From: Actinomycetota bacterium
Lineage (GTDB): Bacteria; Actinomycetota; Acidimicrobiia; IMCC26256; PALSA-555
Length of the DNA: 64,000 bases
NCBI GenBank assembly: GCA_016870355.1
Contig: VGBR01000002.1
Location: 90,982 to 154,981, forward strand
Reading direction: 5' to 3'
Of the stretch, positions 35,933 to 46,457 are shown piece after piece. The position numbers and the translations under genes were made by a program. Numbering within the stretch: the stretch's first letter is position 1; every line of letters begins with the position of its first letter. The notes beneath the pieces were generated by a model, which was not told the DNA's origin, made no database searches, and saw only the letters and a list, made by a program, of their open reading frames with translations.

Positions 35933-37302
35933 GCGGGGATCTCACCGGTCGCATAGACAAGATCTTCAAGGCGTATGACGTCCGTGGCGTCTACCCCGAT
36001 GAGATCGACGAAGACGTCGCGATGCGCGTTGGGAACGCGTTCGTCGGGTTCTCGGGCGCGCCCAAGGTGCTGGTCGCGCGCGACGCACGACCATCGTCGG
36101 TGCCGTTGGTGGCGTCGTTCATCGAAGGCGCGACGCTCGCGGGTGCCGACGTCGTAGACCTCGGGCTCGCGTCGACCGACCTGGCGTACTTCGCGGCTGG
36201 GCACCTCGAGGCACCTGCGGCGATGTTCACGGCGAGTCACAATCCCGCGCAGTACAACGGCATCAAGCTCTGTCGGGCTGGCGCCGCGCCCGTCGGGGCC
36301 GAGACCGGGCTCACCCAGATCAAGGCTGCGGTCGCGGCAGGGCTGTTGGAGCGCGCGGATGACCCGGGCCGGGCAGCACAGATCGATTTGCTGCCGGAGT
36401 TCGTGGAGCACGTCCGCTCGTTCGTGCGCGTCGACGCGCTCCGGGGGCTGAAGGTCGTCGCCGACACTGCGAACGGAATTGGCGGGCTCGTCGTGCCCGC
36501 AGTCCTCGAAGACCTCGTCGATCTCACGATGCTCTACGGCGAGCTCGACGGGACGTTCCCGAACCATCCTGCCGATCCCATCCAGCCCGAGAACCTGAAG
36601 GACCTGCAACGTTTGGTCATCGACGTGCGCGCGGATGTCGGGTTGGCGTTCGACGGCGACGCCGACCGCGTGTTCCTGGTCGACGACAAGGCCCAACCGG
36701 TCTCCGGATCCCTCACGACGGCGATCGTTGCTGACTCGATCCTGCGTCGCGTGCCCGACGAGGCACCAGTTGCGGACAAGACGGTGGTGCACAACTTGAT
36801 CTGCTCCAAGGCCGTACCCGAAGTGGTCCGCGAGCTTGGGGGCACTCCGGTGCGCACCCGTGTCGGCCATTCGTTCATCAAGCAGGTGATGGCCGAGTCC
36901 GGCGCGATCTTCGGAGGCGAGCACTCCGGCCACTACTACTTCCGCGACAACTTCCGGGCCGACTCCGGACTGATCGCCGCGCTCGTCGTCCTCGAAGCAC
37001 TGGCGACGTCGAAGCAGCCGCTGTCGGACCTGCGAACACCATTCGAGCGGTACGTCGCATCGGGCGAGATCAACCGAACCGTCGACGATCCGCTCGCAGT
37101 GATCGAGTCGGTCGCGTCGAGGTTCGGCGCTGAGCAGCAGGACCGGCTCGACGGACTGACGGTCGACCTGGGGGAGTGGTGGTTCAACCTTCGCCCCAGC
37201 AACACCGAGCCGCTGCTTCGCCTCAACCTCGAGGCACCCGACGCGGCGTCGTGCGAAGCCCACGTCGCCGAGGTCCTCGACCTCGTCGGCGGCCGCGCGT
37301 AG
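35929..37302 (+). CDS. manB: Phosphomannomutase/phosphoglucomutase
   Basis: IFKAYDVRGVYP, FTASHNPAQYNGIK (phosphoserine loop), GLAFDGDADR (metal loop), and GGEHSGHYYF. Confidence 0.9.
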   Translation: MSGDLTGRIDKIFKAYDVRGVYPDEIDEDVAMRVGNAFVGFSGAPKVLVARDARPSSVPLVASFIEGATLAGADVVDLGLASTDLAYFAAGHLEAPAAMFTASHNPAQYNGIKLCRAGAAPVGAETGLTQIKAAVAAGLLERADDPGRAAQIDLLPEFVEHVRSFVRVDALRGLKVVADTANGIGGLVVPAVLEDLVDLTMLYGELDGTFPNHPADPIQPENLKDLQRLVIDVRADVGLAFDGDADRVFLVDDKAQPVSGSLTTAIVADSILRRVPDEAPVADKTVVHNLICSKAVPEVVRELGGTPVRTRVGHSFIKQVMAESGAIFGGEHSGHYYFRDNFRADSGLIAALVVLEALATSKQPLSDLRTPFERYVASGEINRTVDDPLAVIESVASRFGAEQQDRLDGLTVDLGEWWFNLRPSNTEPLLRLNLEAPDAASCEAHVAEVLDLVGGRA

Positions 37303-37385
37303 ATGACACAATCCCGCGAAGGCGGCGGCGTTGCCGACCGCCGTAGCAGGAGCCGTCGCCTGCCGACGGCGACCAATGGAGGCGT

Positions 37386-37622
37386 ATGAGTCTTGATCCG
37401 AAGCTGTTGGAGATCCTCGCCTGCCCCGAGGACAAGGGTCCGCTGCTGTACTTCGACGACGAGTCGTCGCTCTACAACCCGCGGCTGAAGCGGCGCTATG
37501 CCGTGCGTGACGACATCCCGATCATGCTCATCGACGAGGCCGAGGCCGTCGACGACGCGGAGCACGACCGGCTCGTCGCGAAGGCGGAGGCCGACGGGAT
37601 CAAGCCCACGTTCGAGGCGTAA
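37386..37622 (+). CDS. Trm112 family protein
   Basis: MSLDPKLLEILACPEDKGPL...YAVRDDIPIMLIDEA is the typical Trm112/DUF343 pattern. Confidence 0.8.
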   Translation: MSLDPKLLEILACPEDKGPLLYFDDESSLYNPRLKRRYAVRDDIPIMLIDEAEAVDDAEHDRLVAKAEADGIKPTFEA

Positions 37623-37653
37623 TGGCTCACGAGCGAACGTCCCGAAGGGCCGG

Positions 37654-37684
37654 CGCGGGTACCCCGCGACGGAGTGAGCGAGCC
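37654..37684 (+). repeat. Degenerate copy 4 of the hairpin family (CGCGGG-TAC-CCCGCG plus AGTGAGCGAGCC)
   Basis: 6-bp stem only. The flanks ACGAGCGAACG and AGTGAGCGAGCC resemble the other copies. It overlaps the GTG start of the next gene. Confidence 0.35.
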
Positions 37685-38741
37685 GGTGGCAGCTGACAGC
37701 TTGGGTGTGCTGGCCGCGCTGGAAGGCGCGCCGGAGCAGCTGACGGCCGCGCACGAGTCGGCCGGCATGGCCGTCGACAAGGGCGTGCTCCCGAAGCCCG
37801 AAGACTTCGACAACGTCGTGATCATGGGCATGGGCGGGTCAGGGATCGTCGGCGAGATCGTGCAGTCGGTGGGAACTGGCACGCTGCCCGTGCCAGTCGT
37901 CGTGCTCAAGCAGTACCGAACCCCGGGCTTCATCAACGAGCGCACGCTCGCGTTCGGTGTCTCGTACTCAGGTGACACCGAAGAGACGGTCGAGATGTCG
38001 CGTGGCGCGCTCGAGGCCGGTGCGCACCTGATCGCAGTCAGCTCGGGTGGCGCGCTCGCCGATCTGGCACACGAGCGCAACGCGTTGCACATCCCTGTCG
38101 AGCAGGGGATCCCCGGCCCACGTTTCGCGCTCTGCGCGATGGTCGCCCCGGTGTTCGTGGTGCTGTTCCGCATGGGAATGCTCCCGGAAGCGCACGCCAC
38201 GATGGTCAAGGCGCAGCAACAGCTCGCGCAACGACGCGACCAATGCAAGCCCGACATCCCGTCGCCCAAGAACCCGGCTCGTGAGCTCGCCCGCCGCATC
38301 GGGCGCACGATCCCGATCATCCACGGTGCGGGAGGCCTCGGTGCTGCCGCCGCGATGCGCTGGAAGCAGTCGATCAACGAGAACGCGAAGGCCCCGGCGT
38401 TCTGGAATGCCTATCCAGAGCTCGACCACAACGAGATCTGCGCGTGGGGTCAACACGGTGACGTCACGCGTCAAGTGATGACCTTGGTGTCACTGCGTCA
38501 CGGGATGGAGCACCAGCAGCTCGACGTGCGGGCACGACTCACCCAGGAGATCATCGAGGAAGCGTTCGCACAGGTGCTCGTCGTCGAGGGGCAGGGCGAA
38601 GGCCGTCTCGCGCAGCTCCTCGATCTTGTGTACCTCGGCGACTGGACGAGCTGCTATCTGGCGCTCGACAACGACGTCGACCCAGGGCCGATCGACGCAA
38701 TCGCACAGCTCAAATCGGCCCTCGCTGCGGCAGCCAAGTAG
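37674..38741 (+). CDS. Bifunctional phosphoglucose/phosphomannose isomerase (SIS domain)
   Basis: VVIMGMGGSGIVG and AFGVSYSGDTEET are SIS motifs. The C-terminal PGI/PMI-type domain ends ...PGPIDAIAQLK. Confidence 0.85.
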   Translation: MSEPVAADSLGVLAALEGAPEQLTAAHESAGMAVDKGVLPKPEDFDNVVIMGMGGSGIVGEIVQSVGTGTLPVPVVVLKQYRTPGFINERTLAFGVSYSGDTEETVEMSRGALEAGAHLIAVSSGGALADLAHERNALHIPVEQGIPGPRFALCAMVAPVFVVLFRMGMLPEAHATMVKAQQQLAQRRDQCKPDIPSPKNPARELARRIGRTIPIIHGAGGLGAAAAMRWKQSINENAKAPAFWNAYPELDHNEICAWGQHGDVTRQVMTLVSLRHGMEHQQLDVRARLTQEIIEEAFAQVLVVEGQGEGRLAQLLDLVYLGDWTSCYLALDNDVDPGPIDAIAQLKSALAAAAK

Positions 38742-38850
38742 CATCTTCTTCGTCGGGCTCGTTGCGAGCTGTCATCCGGTGATCCGGGCCGACTCCCAGT
38801 GAGCCCAATGCGCGCGTGCCGACGCGCCCCGAAACGGGAGTCCCAACCGG

Positions 38851-40275
38851 ATGACGAAGACCGAGACCGCCCCTGACTTCAAGGTCGCCGACCTCTCGCT
38901 CGCCGAGTTCGGCCGCAAGGAGATCGACCTCGCCGAGCACGAGATGCCCGGCCTGATGGCGATGCGCGAGCAGCACGGTGAGGCGCAGCCGCTGGCCGGC
39001 GCGCGCATCACAGGCTCGTTGCACATGACCGTGCAGACCGCCGTGCTGATCGAGACGCTCACCGCGCTCGGCGCCGAAGTGCGCTGGGCATCCTGCAACA
39101 TCTTCTCCACGCAGGATCACGCCGCGGCCGCGATCGCCGCGCGGGGTGTTCCGGTGTTCGCGTGGAAGGGCGAGACTCTCGAGGAGTACTGGTGGTGCAC
39201 CGAGCAGGCCCTGCGCTGGCCCGACGGTGGCGGTCCCAACATGATCCTCGACGACGGAGGCGACGCCACCCTCGTCGTGCACAAGGGTCTCGAATACGAA
39301 CGCGCGGGCGCAGTGCCGAAGGCTGGCGCCACCGACAGTGCCGAGTGGAAGGTCGTGCTCAAGCTGCTGGAGCGCATCCATTCGGAGGACGACAAGGTCT
39401 GGCACCGCATCGCCGAGGGGATCATCGGCGTCACCGAAGAGACCACGACCGGTGTGCACCGCCTGTACCAGATGCAGGAGGCGGGTTCGCTGCTGTTCCC
39501 GGCGATCAACGTCAACGACTCGGTCACCAAGTCGAAGTTCGACAACCTCTACGGATGCCGTCACTCGCTGGTCGACGGGATCTGCCGCGCCACCGATGTG
39601 ATGCTCGCCGGCAAGCTGGCCGTGGTCTGCGGCTACGGCGATGTGGGCAAGGGGTGCGCGCAATCACTGCGTGGTCAAGGCGCGCGCGTCGTGATCACCG
39701 AGATCGACCCGATCTGCGCGCTCCAGGCGGCGATGGAGGGCTATGAGGTCCTCACACTCGAGGACGTGGTCGAGAAGGCTGACCTCTTCATCACGGCCAC
39801 CGGCAACACCGACATCATTCGCGTCGAGCTCATGGAGCGGATGAAGCACAACGCGATCGTCGGGAACATCGGGCACTTCGACAACGAGATCGACATGGCC
39901 GGTCTCGAGAACGTGCCCGGCATCAAGCGCGACACCGTGAAGCCACAGGTGGACGAGTGGATCTTCCCCGACGGTCACTCGATCATCGTGCTTGCCGAAG
40001 GGCGATTGCTGAACCTCGGCTGTGCGACCGGACACCCGAGCTTCGTGATGTCGAACAGCTTCACGAACCAAGTGATCGCGCAGGTGGAGCTGTTCACGCA
40101 CCGCGACTTCTACGAGCGGAAGGTGTACACGCTTCCGAAGCACCTCGACGAGATGGTGGCCCGACTGCACCTCGACAAGCTCGGCGTGAAGCTCACGACG
40201 CTCACTGAGGAGCAGGCCAGCTACCTCGGGATCCCCGTCGACGGCCCGTACAAGCCCGAGCACTACCGGTACTGA
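38851..40275 (+). CDS. ahcY: Adenosylhomocysteinase
   Basis: [38 protein letters not shown], and the [13 protein letters not shown] motif. The C-terminus ends ...YKPEHYRY. Confidence 0.95.
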   Translation: MTKTETAPDFKVADLSLAEFGRKEIDLAEHEMPGLMAMREQHGEAQPLAGARITGSLHMTVQTAVLIETLTALGAEVRWASCNIFSTQDHAAAAIAARGVPVFAWKGETLEEYWWCTEQALRWPDGGGPNMILDDGGDATLVVHKGLEYERAGAVPKAGATDSAEWKVVLKLLERIHSEDDKVWHRIAEGIIGVTEETTTGVHRLYQMQEAGSLLFPAINVNDSVTKSKFDNLYGCRHSLVDGICRATDVMLAGKLAVVCGYGDVGKGCAQSLRGQGARVVITEIDPICALQAAMEGYEVLTLEDVVEKADLFITATGNTDIIRVELMERMKHNAIVGNIGHFDNEIDMAGLENVPGIKRDTVKPQVDEWIFPDGHSIIVLAEGRLLNLGCATGHPSFVMSNSFTNQVIAQVELFTHRDFYERKVYTLPKHLDEMVARLHLDKLGVKLTTLTEEQASYLGIPVDGPYKPEHYRY

Positions 40276-40342
40276 CATCCCGGGTCGCCTGGGCAAGCTC
40301 CGGTTCCTGCCGGCGTCCGGGAGGCAAAGCCACACCGAACGC

Positions 40343-40957
40343 CTAAGCGGGCGGCGCGGTTCGCGCCGCGGTCACTGCCAGGACCCGCGTTGCGCCAGCG
40401 GCGCGCAAGGCCTGGGCTGCCGCGGTGAGGCTCGTGCCGGTGGTCGCGACATCGTCGACCACGAGCACATCGCTCGGCGCGCTTCCACGCGCGTGAATGA
40501 CCGGGCCTTGCCGTCGGGCCGCGGCAGCGAGGCCGGTCTGAGGTGGTCCAGCGTCGCGGTGGAGCAGGCGAAGCCGCGGCCGGTGGATGCGTCGAGCCAC
40601 CTGTTCAGCGAGCAGCGCGGCGTGGTCGAAGCCACGCGCCCGTCGACGCGCTCGTGTCGTGGGAACCGAGGTGACCGCGGTCGGGAGCGGCGGTGACAGA
40701 CCCTCGACCATGCGGTCGGCCAGCCACATGTCCACCGCGTGGGCGCCGCGGTACTTCGCCCGTGCCACCAGCTCGCGCGCGACGCCCTCGTAGGCGAGCG
40801 GCGCGAACCAGGCATCGATCCCGGCGGGAGGTCCCGCGAGCGGCGCCGATCGGAGGCCGGCCGCGCACGCGTCGCACACCGGCTCCGCAGGTTGTCCACA
40901 TCCGGGACAGACCAGCGGAAAGATCACGGCAACGAGCTTCGAGAGCACGACCGCCAC
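40343..40957 (-). CDS. ComF family phosphoribosyltransferase-like protein
   Basis: N-terminal zinc finger CPGCG...CDAC and the PRTase motif VLVVDDVATTGTS. The start is set at GTG 40957. The 429-aa track ORF runs into the upstream gene. Confidence 0.75.
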   Translation of the reverse strand: MAVVLSKLVAVIFPLVCPGCGQPAEPVCDACAAGLRSAPLAGPPAGIDAWFAPLAYEGVARELVARAKYRGAHAVDMWLADRMVEGLSPPLPTAVTSVPTTRARRRARGFDHAALLAEQVARRIHRPRLRLLHRDAGPPQTGLAAAARRQGPVIHARGSAPSDVLVVDDVATTGTSLTAAAQALRAAGATRVLAVTAARTAPPA

Positions 40958-40980
40958 GCTAGAGACGGGGTGTGACGGTC

Positions 40981-42465
40981 TTACCTGCGGCGGGCGACGA
41001 GGACGTCGTCGCGTTCGAACACGACGGTGAAGTCGACGAGGATGGTGTGGAGCAGCGCGTACGCCGCCGGATCGCCCCGCACGACTGATTCGTCGATCAC
41101 CAACCACTCGACGCGTCGAGGATCGCGGCGCGGCTTGCCTTCGATCCCGAAGTTCTTCGACTCCCACGGGTTCGGAAAGTCGTAGATCTCCTCTCGCTGG
41201 CTCAGGTTGGGGAGGATCCCGTAGCTCGCAGCCACGGCGGCGTCGTCGGGGACCATCGCCACGGCCGCCTCCAGCGAGTCGCGCCGCGGGTCGTTCGACG
41301 GAGGCCACCAGCCCCCTCGGTACTCGCTGCTCAAGGGGGAGGGTCCCCAGGCGAGGGTCCCGAACACGCCGCCGCCGACCACCAGCACGCACGCCCCGAT
41401 CGCGAGCGCTTGACCGAACCGATGCCTGAGGAACGCGACCGCGTGCACGCTGCCGAGCGCGAGCGCCACGATGCACAGCGCGGCGTAGTGATGCTTGATC
41501 GTCTGGGTCCAGGGAACATCGGTGGTGACGTCGAGCAGGTACTGCGGCAGGCCGATCAGCAGCACCAATGGTGCGAGGAGCGGCAAGAACGCGAACGGGA
41601 GGAGCAGGCGGAACGAGAAGTCGCCGGACCACGACGAGAAGATCCGTGACGTGATCGCACCGGGATCGTTGAAGATCGTCTCGAGCATCCCGCCGGGTGA
41701 GCCGCCGACGCCGCTGTAGATGCCCTCGGACTGCACGCCACCCCCGTTGATCTCAGGGAAGAGCAGCAACGTCCACAGCAGAAACCAACCGAGTGCCACC
41801 CCCGCCGTCGTCAACCCGATGCGCCGGTTGCCGCGCAGCGCGACGAGCAATCCGAGGACGACGACGGCGAGCGCCACATCCTCCTTCCACGAGACGGCAA
41901 GGACGCTCCAGAACGCGAACCAACGCCATGAGTGGCGAGTCGCGCAGAGGTACGCGCACAGCAACGGCGTGATGGCGACGACCTCGGGGTGGAACAGCTC
42001 CCACGAGAAGAACTGCACCCCGGGATGGAGCAGGAATGCCGCCGCGAGTCCCGCCGAGATCCACGGGTCGAGATCCCGATCACGCGCCAACAGATAGAGA
42101 GGGATGACGCCGGCGCCAAGCGCGGTCACCTGCACGAGATTGAGGAAGTCGGGTCCCGCGCCCAGCCAGTACGCCGGCACGAGCAGGTAGTAACCGGGAG
42201 TCGCGTGGTGCCCGAACACCGGCAGCCCGCGGACCGTCATGAAGTCGAGCCCGTGCGCGAGGAGCCAGACGGACTGGTCGTGGATCCCCATGTCGAACGC
42301 GAGATCCCAGAAGCCGTGGTGTCGGCGCACCACGAGCACCGCGAACGTCACGGTCCACGCGCCGGCGACCGCGATGAGCGCGAGTACGGCCGGATGCGGT
42401 CGAACCCGCACCATTCGCTCGTCACGCGCAAGCGTCGCTTCAGCGCCCTGGAACGTGACTGCCAT
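40981..42465 (-). CDS. Polytopic membrane protein (DUF2079-like)
   Basis: 494 aa with at least 10 hydrophobic helices. An N-terminal motif is FWDLAFDMGIHDQSVWLLAHG. The family name comes from memory. Confidence 0.65.
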   Translation of the reverse strand: MAVTFQGAEATLARDERMVRVRPHPAVLALIAVAGAWTVTFAVLVVRRHHGFWDLAFDMGIHDQSVWLLAHGLDFMTVRGLPVFGHHATPGYYLLVPAYWLGAGPDFLNLVQVTALGAGVIPLYLLARDRDLDPWISAGLAAAFLLHPGVQFFSWELFHPEVVAITPLLCAYLCATRHSWRWFAFWSVLAVSWKEDVALAVVVLGLLVALRGNRRIGLTTAGVALGWFLLWTLLLFPEINGGGVQSEGIYSGVGGSPGGMLETIFNDPGAITSRIFSSWSGDFSFRLLLPFAFLPLLAPLVLLIGLPQYLLDVTTDVPWTQTIKHHYAALCIVALALGSVHAVAFLRHRFGQALAIGACVLVVGGGVFGTLAWGPSPLSSEYRGGWWPPSNDPRRDSLEAAVAMVPDDAAVAASYGILPNLSQREEIYDFPNPWESKNFGIEGKPRRDPRRVEWLVIDESVVRGDPAAYALLHTILVDFTVVFERDDVLVARRR

Positions 42466-42530
42466 CAGTGCATGCTCCCAGAGCGCCGCTGACCGGAGAC
42501 GGCAGGGGGCGCCGGTAGGCTGAACTCCTC

Positions 42531-45278
42531 ATGGGTCTTTTCAACAAGCTCCTCCACGCGGGCGAAGGCAAGAAGCTCAAGCTCCTCGAGTCGATCGTCC
42601 CGGAGGTCAACGCACTCGAGCCCGAGATGGAGGCGCGCTCCGACGACGAGCTGCGCGCGCTGACCGCGGAGTTCCGTGCCCGGCTCGACGCGGAAGCTGG
42701 AGGCGATCCCGAAGCCAGGGTCGACATGCTCGACGAGCTCCTCCCGGAGGCGTTCGCGGCAGTGCGCGAGGCGGCCAAGCGCACCATCGGACAGCGGCAC
42801 TTCGACGTGCAGATCATGGGCGGCGCGGCACTGCACTTCGGGTGGGTGTCGGAGATGAAGACCGGCGAAGGCAAGACGCTTGTCGCGACGCTGCCGCTCT
42901 ACCTCAACGCCCTCGCGGGGTACGGCGTGCACCTCGTGACGGTCAACGACTACCTCGTGAAGCGCGACGCCGGCTGGATGGGCCAGGTCTACCGATTCCT
43001 CGGCCTCGAGGTCGGCATCGTGGTCCCCGACATCGACGACTGGGACGAGAAGAAGGCGGCGTACAACGCCGACATCACCTACGGCACGAACAACGAGTTC
43101 GGGTTCGACTACCTGCGCGACAACATGACGGGCTCGAAGGCCGAGCAGGTCCAGCGTGGCCACTCGTTCGCGATCGTCGATGAAGTCGACTCGATCCTCG
43201 TCGACGAGGCTCGTACCCCGCTGATCATCTCCGGGCGGGCCGACGATGCCCAGCAGCTCTACTACCAGTTCGCCCGCATCGTCGGCGGCCTGATGCGCGA
43301 CCGCGACTACGAAGTCGACGAGGCGAAGCGCACGGTCGTCCCCACCGAAGATGGCATCGCGCGGGTCGAAGAAGCCCTCGAGGTCACCAACCTCTACGAG
43401 CACGTCAACCAGAACTTCGTGCATCAGCTCCAGGCCGCGTTGCGCGCCAAGGAGCTGTTCAAGCGCGACGTCGACTACGTGGTCGCCGACGGCGAAGTGA
43501 AGATCGTCGACGAGTTCACCGGCCGCATCCTCGAGGGCCGGCGCTGGAGCGAAGGCTTGCACCAGGCGGTCGAGGCCAAAGAAGGCGTGCGCATCAAGGA
43601 GGAGAACCAGACGCTCGCGACGGTGACCCTCCAGAACTACTTCCGCATGTACGACAAGCTGGCCGGCATGACCGGCACGGCCGCCACCGAGGCCGGAGAG
43701 TTCGCTCACACGTACGGGCTGGAGGTCGTGAGCATCCCCACGAACGTCACGATGATCCGTGACGACCACGCCGACCTCATCTACAAGAGCGAGGCCGCCA
43801 AGTTCGAAGCCGTCGCCGAAGACATCAAGGAGTGCTACGAGCGCGGCCAGCCCGTGCTGGTCGGCACGATCTCCGTCGAGAAGTCGGAGCACCTCTCCGG
43901 TCTGCTCCAGCGCCGAGGTATCGAGCACGCGGTGCTCAACGCGAAGCAGCACGAGAAGGAAGCGCACATCGTCACCCAGGCCGGTCGGCCGCACGCGGTG
44001 ACGGTTGCCACCAACATGGCTGGCCGCGGCGTCGACATCCTCCTCGGGGGGAACCCCGAAGGCTTGGCGCGCAACGACCTGCTCGCCGAAGGCAGCTCAC
44101 CCGAAGCCGACCCGAAGCGCTTCGAAGAGCTGGTGAACAAGTACCGCGAGCAGTGCAATGAGGAAGGTGCGCGTGTGCGGGAGCTCGGGGGCCTCTACGT
44201 GCTCGGCACCGAGCGCCACGAGAGCCGCCGCATCGACAACCAGCTCCGAGGCCGTGCCGGGCGACAGGGCGATCCCGGCGAGAGCCGCTTCTACCTCTCG
44301 CTCGAAGACGACCTCATGCGCTTGTTCGCGACCGGCGCGATGAGCTGGGTGATGGACCGCGCGTTCCCCGACGACATGCCGCTCGAGGCGCGCATGGTCA
44401 CGAAGGCGATCGAGCGCGCGCAGCGAACGGTTGAAGACCGCAACTTCGAGATCCGCAAGGACGTCCTGAAGTACGACGAGGTGATGAACGAGCAGCGCAA
44501 GGTCATCTACCAGCGCCGCCAGCAGATTTTCGACGGAGAAGATCTCCAGGAGCAAGCACAAGAAGCCATCGTCGATGCGATCGATCGGTTGGTCGCCGCG
44601 CACTGCCCTGGCGAGTTTCCCGAAGACTGGGACCTCGACGAGTTCCACCAGAACCTTCTCATCACGTCGCCGACCGAGCTGCCCCGCACCGCGCTCGACG
44701 ATGCGATGCACGTCGACCAGCTCCGGGAGCTGGTGACCGATGACACGCTCGCCAACTACGCAGCGAAAGAGCAGGCGATCGGCGCCGACCAGCTCCGTGA
44801 GCTCGAGCGCCGAGTGATGCTCTCGGTGATCGACCAGCACTGGCGCGAGCACCTCTACGAGATGGACTACCTGCGCGAGGGCATCAACCTGCGGGCCATG
44901 GGCCAACGCGACCCACTCGCCGAGTGGCAGCGCGAGGGCTACGACATGTTCGAAGCGATGATGGCCGGCATCGAGGACAACTTCGTGCAGTTCGTCACGC
45001 ACCTCCAAGTTGTCGCTGAGGAACCGCAGCGCGCCGCGCCGAAGAACTTGCGCTACAGCGCGCCCGAGGATCCCGTCCAGGGATCCGGCGCGATGCGCGG
45101 TGCAGCCGCGGCCGCGCCACCTCCTGACGAAGGTGGGATGGGGATGCCCGCCGCGGCGCCCGAGGCACTTCCGACCGAAGAGGTGATGCAACCGGTGAGC
45201 GTCGAGAAGACGCCCGGTCGCAACGAGCCCTGCTACTGCGGCAGCGGCAAGAAGTACAAGCTCTGCCACGGCCGCTGA
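42531..45278 (+). CDS. secA: Preprotein translocase ATPase SecA
   Basis: [33 protein letters not shown] and [10 protein letters not shown]. The C-terminal zinc motif is [14 protein letters not shown]. Confidence 0.97.
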   Translation: MGLFNKLLHAGEGKKLKLLESIVPEVNALEPEMEARSDDELRALTAEFRARLDAEAGGDPEARVDMLDELLPEAFAAVREAAKRTIGQRHFDVQIMGGAALHFGWVSEMKTGEGKTLVATLPLYLNALAGYGVHLVTVNDYLVKRDAGWMGQVYRFLGLEVGIVVPDIDDWDEKKAAYNADITYGTNNEFGFDYLRDNMTGSKAEQVQRGHSFAIVDEVDSILVDEARTPLIISGRADDAQQLYYQFARIVGGLMRDRDYEVDEAKRTVVPTEDGIARVEEALEVTNLYEHVNQNFVHQLQAALRAKELFKRDVDYVVADGEVKIVDEFTGRILEGRRWSEGLHQAVEAKEGVRIKEENQTLATVTLQNYFRMYDKLAGMTGTAATEAGEFAHTYGLEVVSIPTNVTMIRDDHADLIYKSEAAKFEAVAEDIKECYERGQPVLVGTISVEKSEHLSGLLQRRGIEHAVLNAKQHEKEAHIVTQAGRPHAVTVATNMAGRGVDILLGGNPEGLARNDLLAEGSSPEADPKRFEELVNKYREQCNEEGARVRELGGLYVLGTERHESRRIDNQLRGRAGRQGDPGESRFYLSLEDDLMRLFATGAMSWVMDRAFPDDMPLEARMVTKAIERAQRTVEDRNFEIRKDVLKYDEVMNEQRKVIYQRRQQIFDGEDLQEQAQEAIVDAIDRLVAAHCPGEFPEDWDLDEFHQNLLITSPTELPRTALDDAMHVDQLRELVTDDTLANYAAKEQAIGADQLRELERRVMLSVIDQHWREHLYEMDYLREGINLRAMGQRDPLAEWQREGYDMFEAMMAGIEDNFVQFVTHLQVVAEEPQRAAPKNLRYSAPEDPVQGSGAMRGAAAAAPPPDEGGMGMPAAAPEALPTEEVMQPVSVEKTPGRNEPCYCGSGKKYKLCHGR

Positions 45279-45314
45279 CTGCGGTCCGTCCAGTCCCACG
45301 ACCGGCGGTTCTCC

Positions 45315-46415
45315 ATGCGCGACTTCACCGACGAGTTCTCCGAGCTCCAGCGGCGCGTCGCTGACGCGCGCGGCTATCTGCGCATCGACGACGCGACGGT
45401 CCGCGCCGCGGAGCTCGAGCAGGAAGCCGCCAAGCCGGATCTCTGGGATGACCAGGAACGCGCCCGCCGTGTCACCGGGGAGCTCTCCAACCTGCAGAAT
45501 GACATCCGCCTCGTCGAAGATCTTGAACAGCGCATCTCCGATCTCGAGACGCTGTGTGAGCTCGGCCGCGAAGAGGGCACCGACGAGCTAGAGCCGGAGA
45601 TCACGACCGGGCTGTCGAGCCTCGCAAACGAGCTCGACCAGCTCGAGCTGCGGGCCCTGTTCACCGGGGAGCACGACGAGCGCGACGCGATCTGCGTCGT
45701 CAACTCCGGCGCCGGCGGCACCGACGCGCAGGACTGGACCGACATGCTGCTGCGGATGTATCGGCGATGGGCTGAGCGCCGCGGCTTCGGGGTCGAGATC
45801 AGCGACGTGCAAGAGGGCACGGAAGCCGGCATCTCGTCGGCGACGTTCACCGTGAAGGGGCGGCACGCGTTCGGATTGCTCCAGAGCGAACGTGGCGTGC
45901 ACCGGCTCATTCGCATCTCGCCGTTCGATGCGAACGCGCGGCGTCAGACGGCGTTCGCTTCCTTGGACTGCGTGCCCGCGCTCGAAGAGGCGGAGGCGCC
46001 CGAAATCGACCCAAGTGATCTCGACATCGACACGTATCGATCGTCAGGTGCGGGTGGTCAGCACGTGAACGTCACCGATTCCGCCGTCCGCATCACGCAC
46101 CGCCCGAGCGGGATCGTCGTCTCGTGTCAGAACGAGCGATCGCAACAGCAGAACAAGGCGCGCGCGATGCAGGTGCTTGCGTCGCGTCTCGCGGAGCTCC
46201 AGCGGCGCGAGCGCGAAGACGAGCTCGCGAGGCTGTCGGGGGAGAAGCGTGACGTCGCGTTCGGAAACCAGATCCGCACCTACACGTTGGCGCCCTACCG
46301 ACTCGTGAAGGACGAACGCACGCGCTACGAGACCGGCAACGTCGACGCGGTGCTCGACGGCGATCTCGACTCTTTCATCGAGTCATGGCTCCAATGGCGG
46401 CGCCGCGAATCATAG
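45315..46415 (+). CDS. prfB: Peptide chain release factor 2
   Basis: The SPF tripeptide (RISPFDA) and GGQ (SSGAGGQHVN) are present. The 366-aa ORF is uninterrupted, so no +1 frameshift is needed. Confidence 0.95.
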   Translation: MRDFTDEFSELQRRVADARGYLRIDDATVRAAELEQEAAKPDLWDDQERARRVTGELSNLQNDIRLVEDLEQRISDLETLCELGREEGTDELEPEITTGLSSLANELDQLELRALFTGEHDERDAICVVNSGAGGTDAQDWTDMLLRMYRRWAERRGFGVEISDVQEGTEAGISSATFTVKGRHAFGLLQSERGVHRLIRISPFDANARRQTAFASLDCVPALEEAEAPEIDPSDLDIDTYRSSGAGGQHVNVTDSAVRITHRPSGIVVSCQNERSQQQNKARAMQVLASRLAELQRREREDELARLSGEKRDVAFGNQIRTYTLAPYRLVKDERTRYETGNVDAVLDGDLDSFIESWLQWRRRES

Positions 46416-46457
46416 GAAGTCCTCAGAATGCGGAGCGAGCACGAAGAGTGAGCGTCC

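Noticed and set aside
38742-38850. Canonical SAH riboswitch upstream of ahcY
   Set aside because: The conserved segments I recall for RF01057 (GAGGAGCGCUGC..., CAGGCUCGG, AACGGCGCUCAC) are not present. The leader is kept only as an unclassified structured leader in the findings.
40958-41632. Extension of the comF-like ORF to 41632 (429 aa)
   Set aside because: The extra 225 aa are Arg/Pro-rich and overlap the DUF2079-like membrane protein gene in another frame. The conserved ComF zinc finger begins just after GTG 40957.
45315-46415. Programmed +1 frameshift in prfB (RF2)
   Set aside because: The RF2 ORF is continuous for 366 aa from ATG 45315, with SPF and GGQ in one frame. There is no early in-frame TGA with a CTT-TGA-C slippery context.
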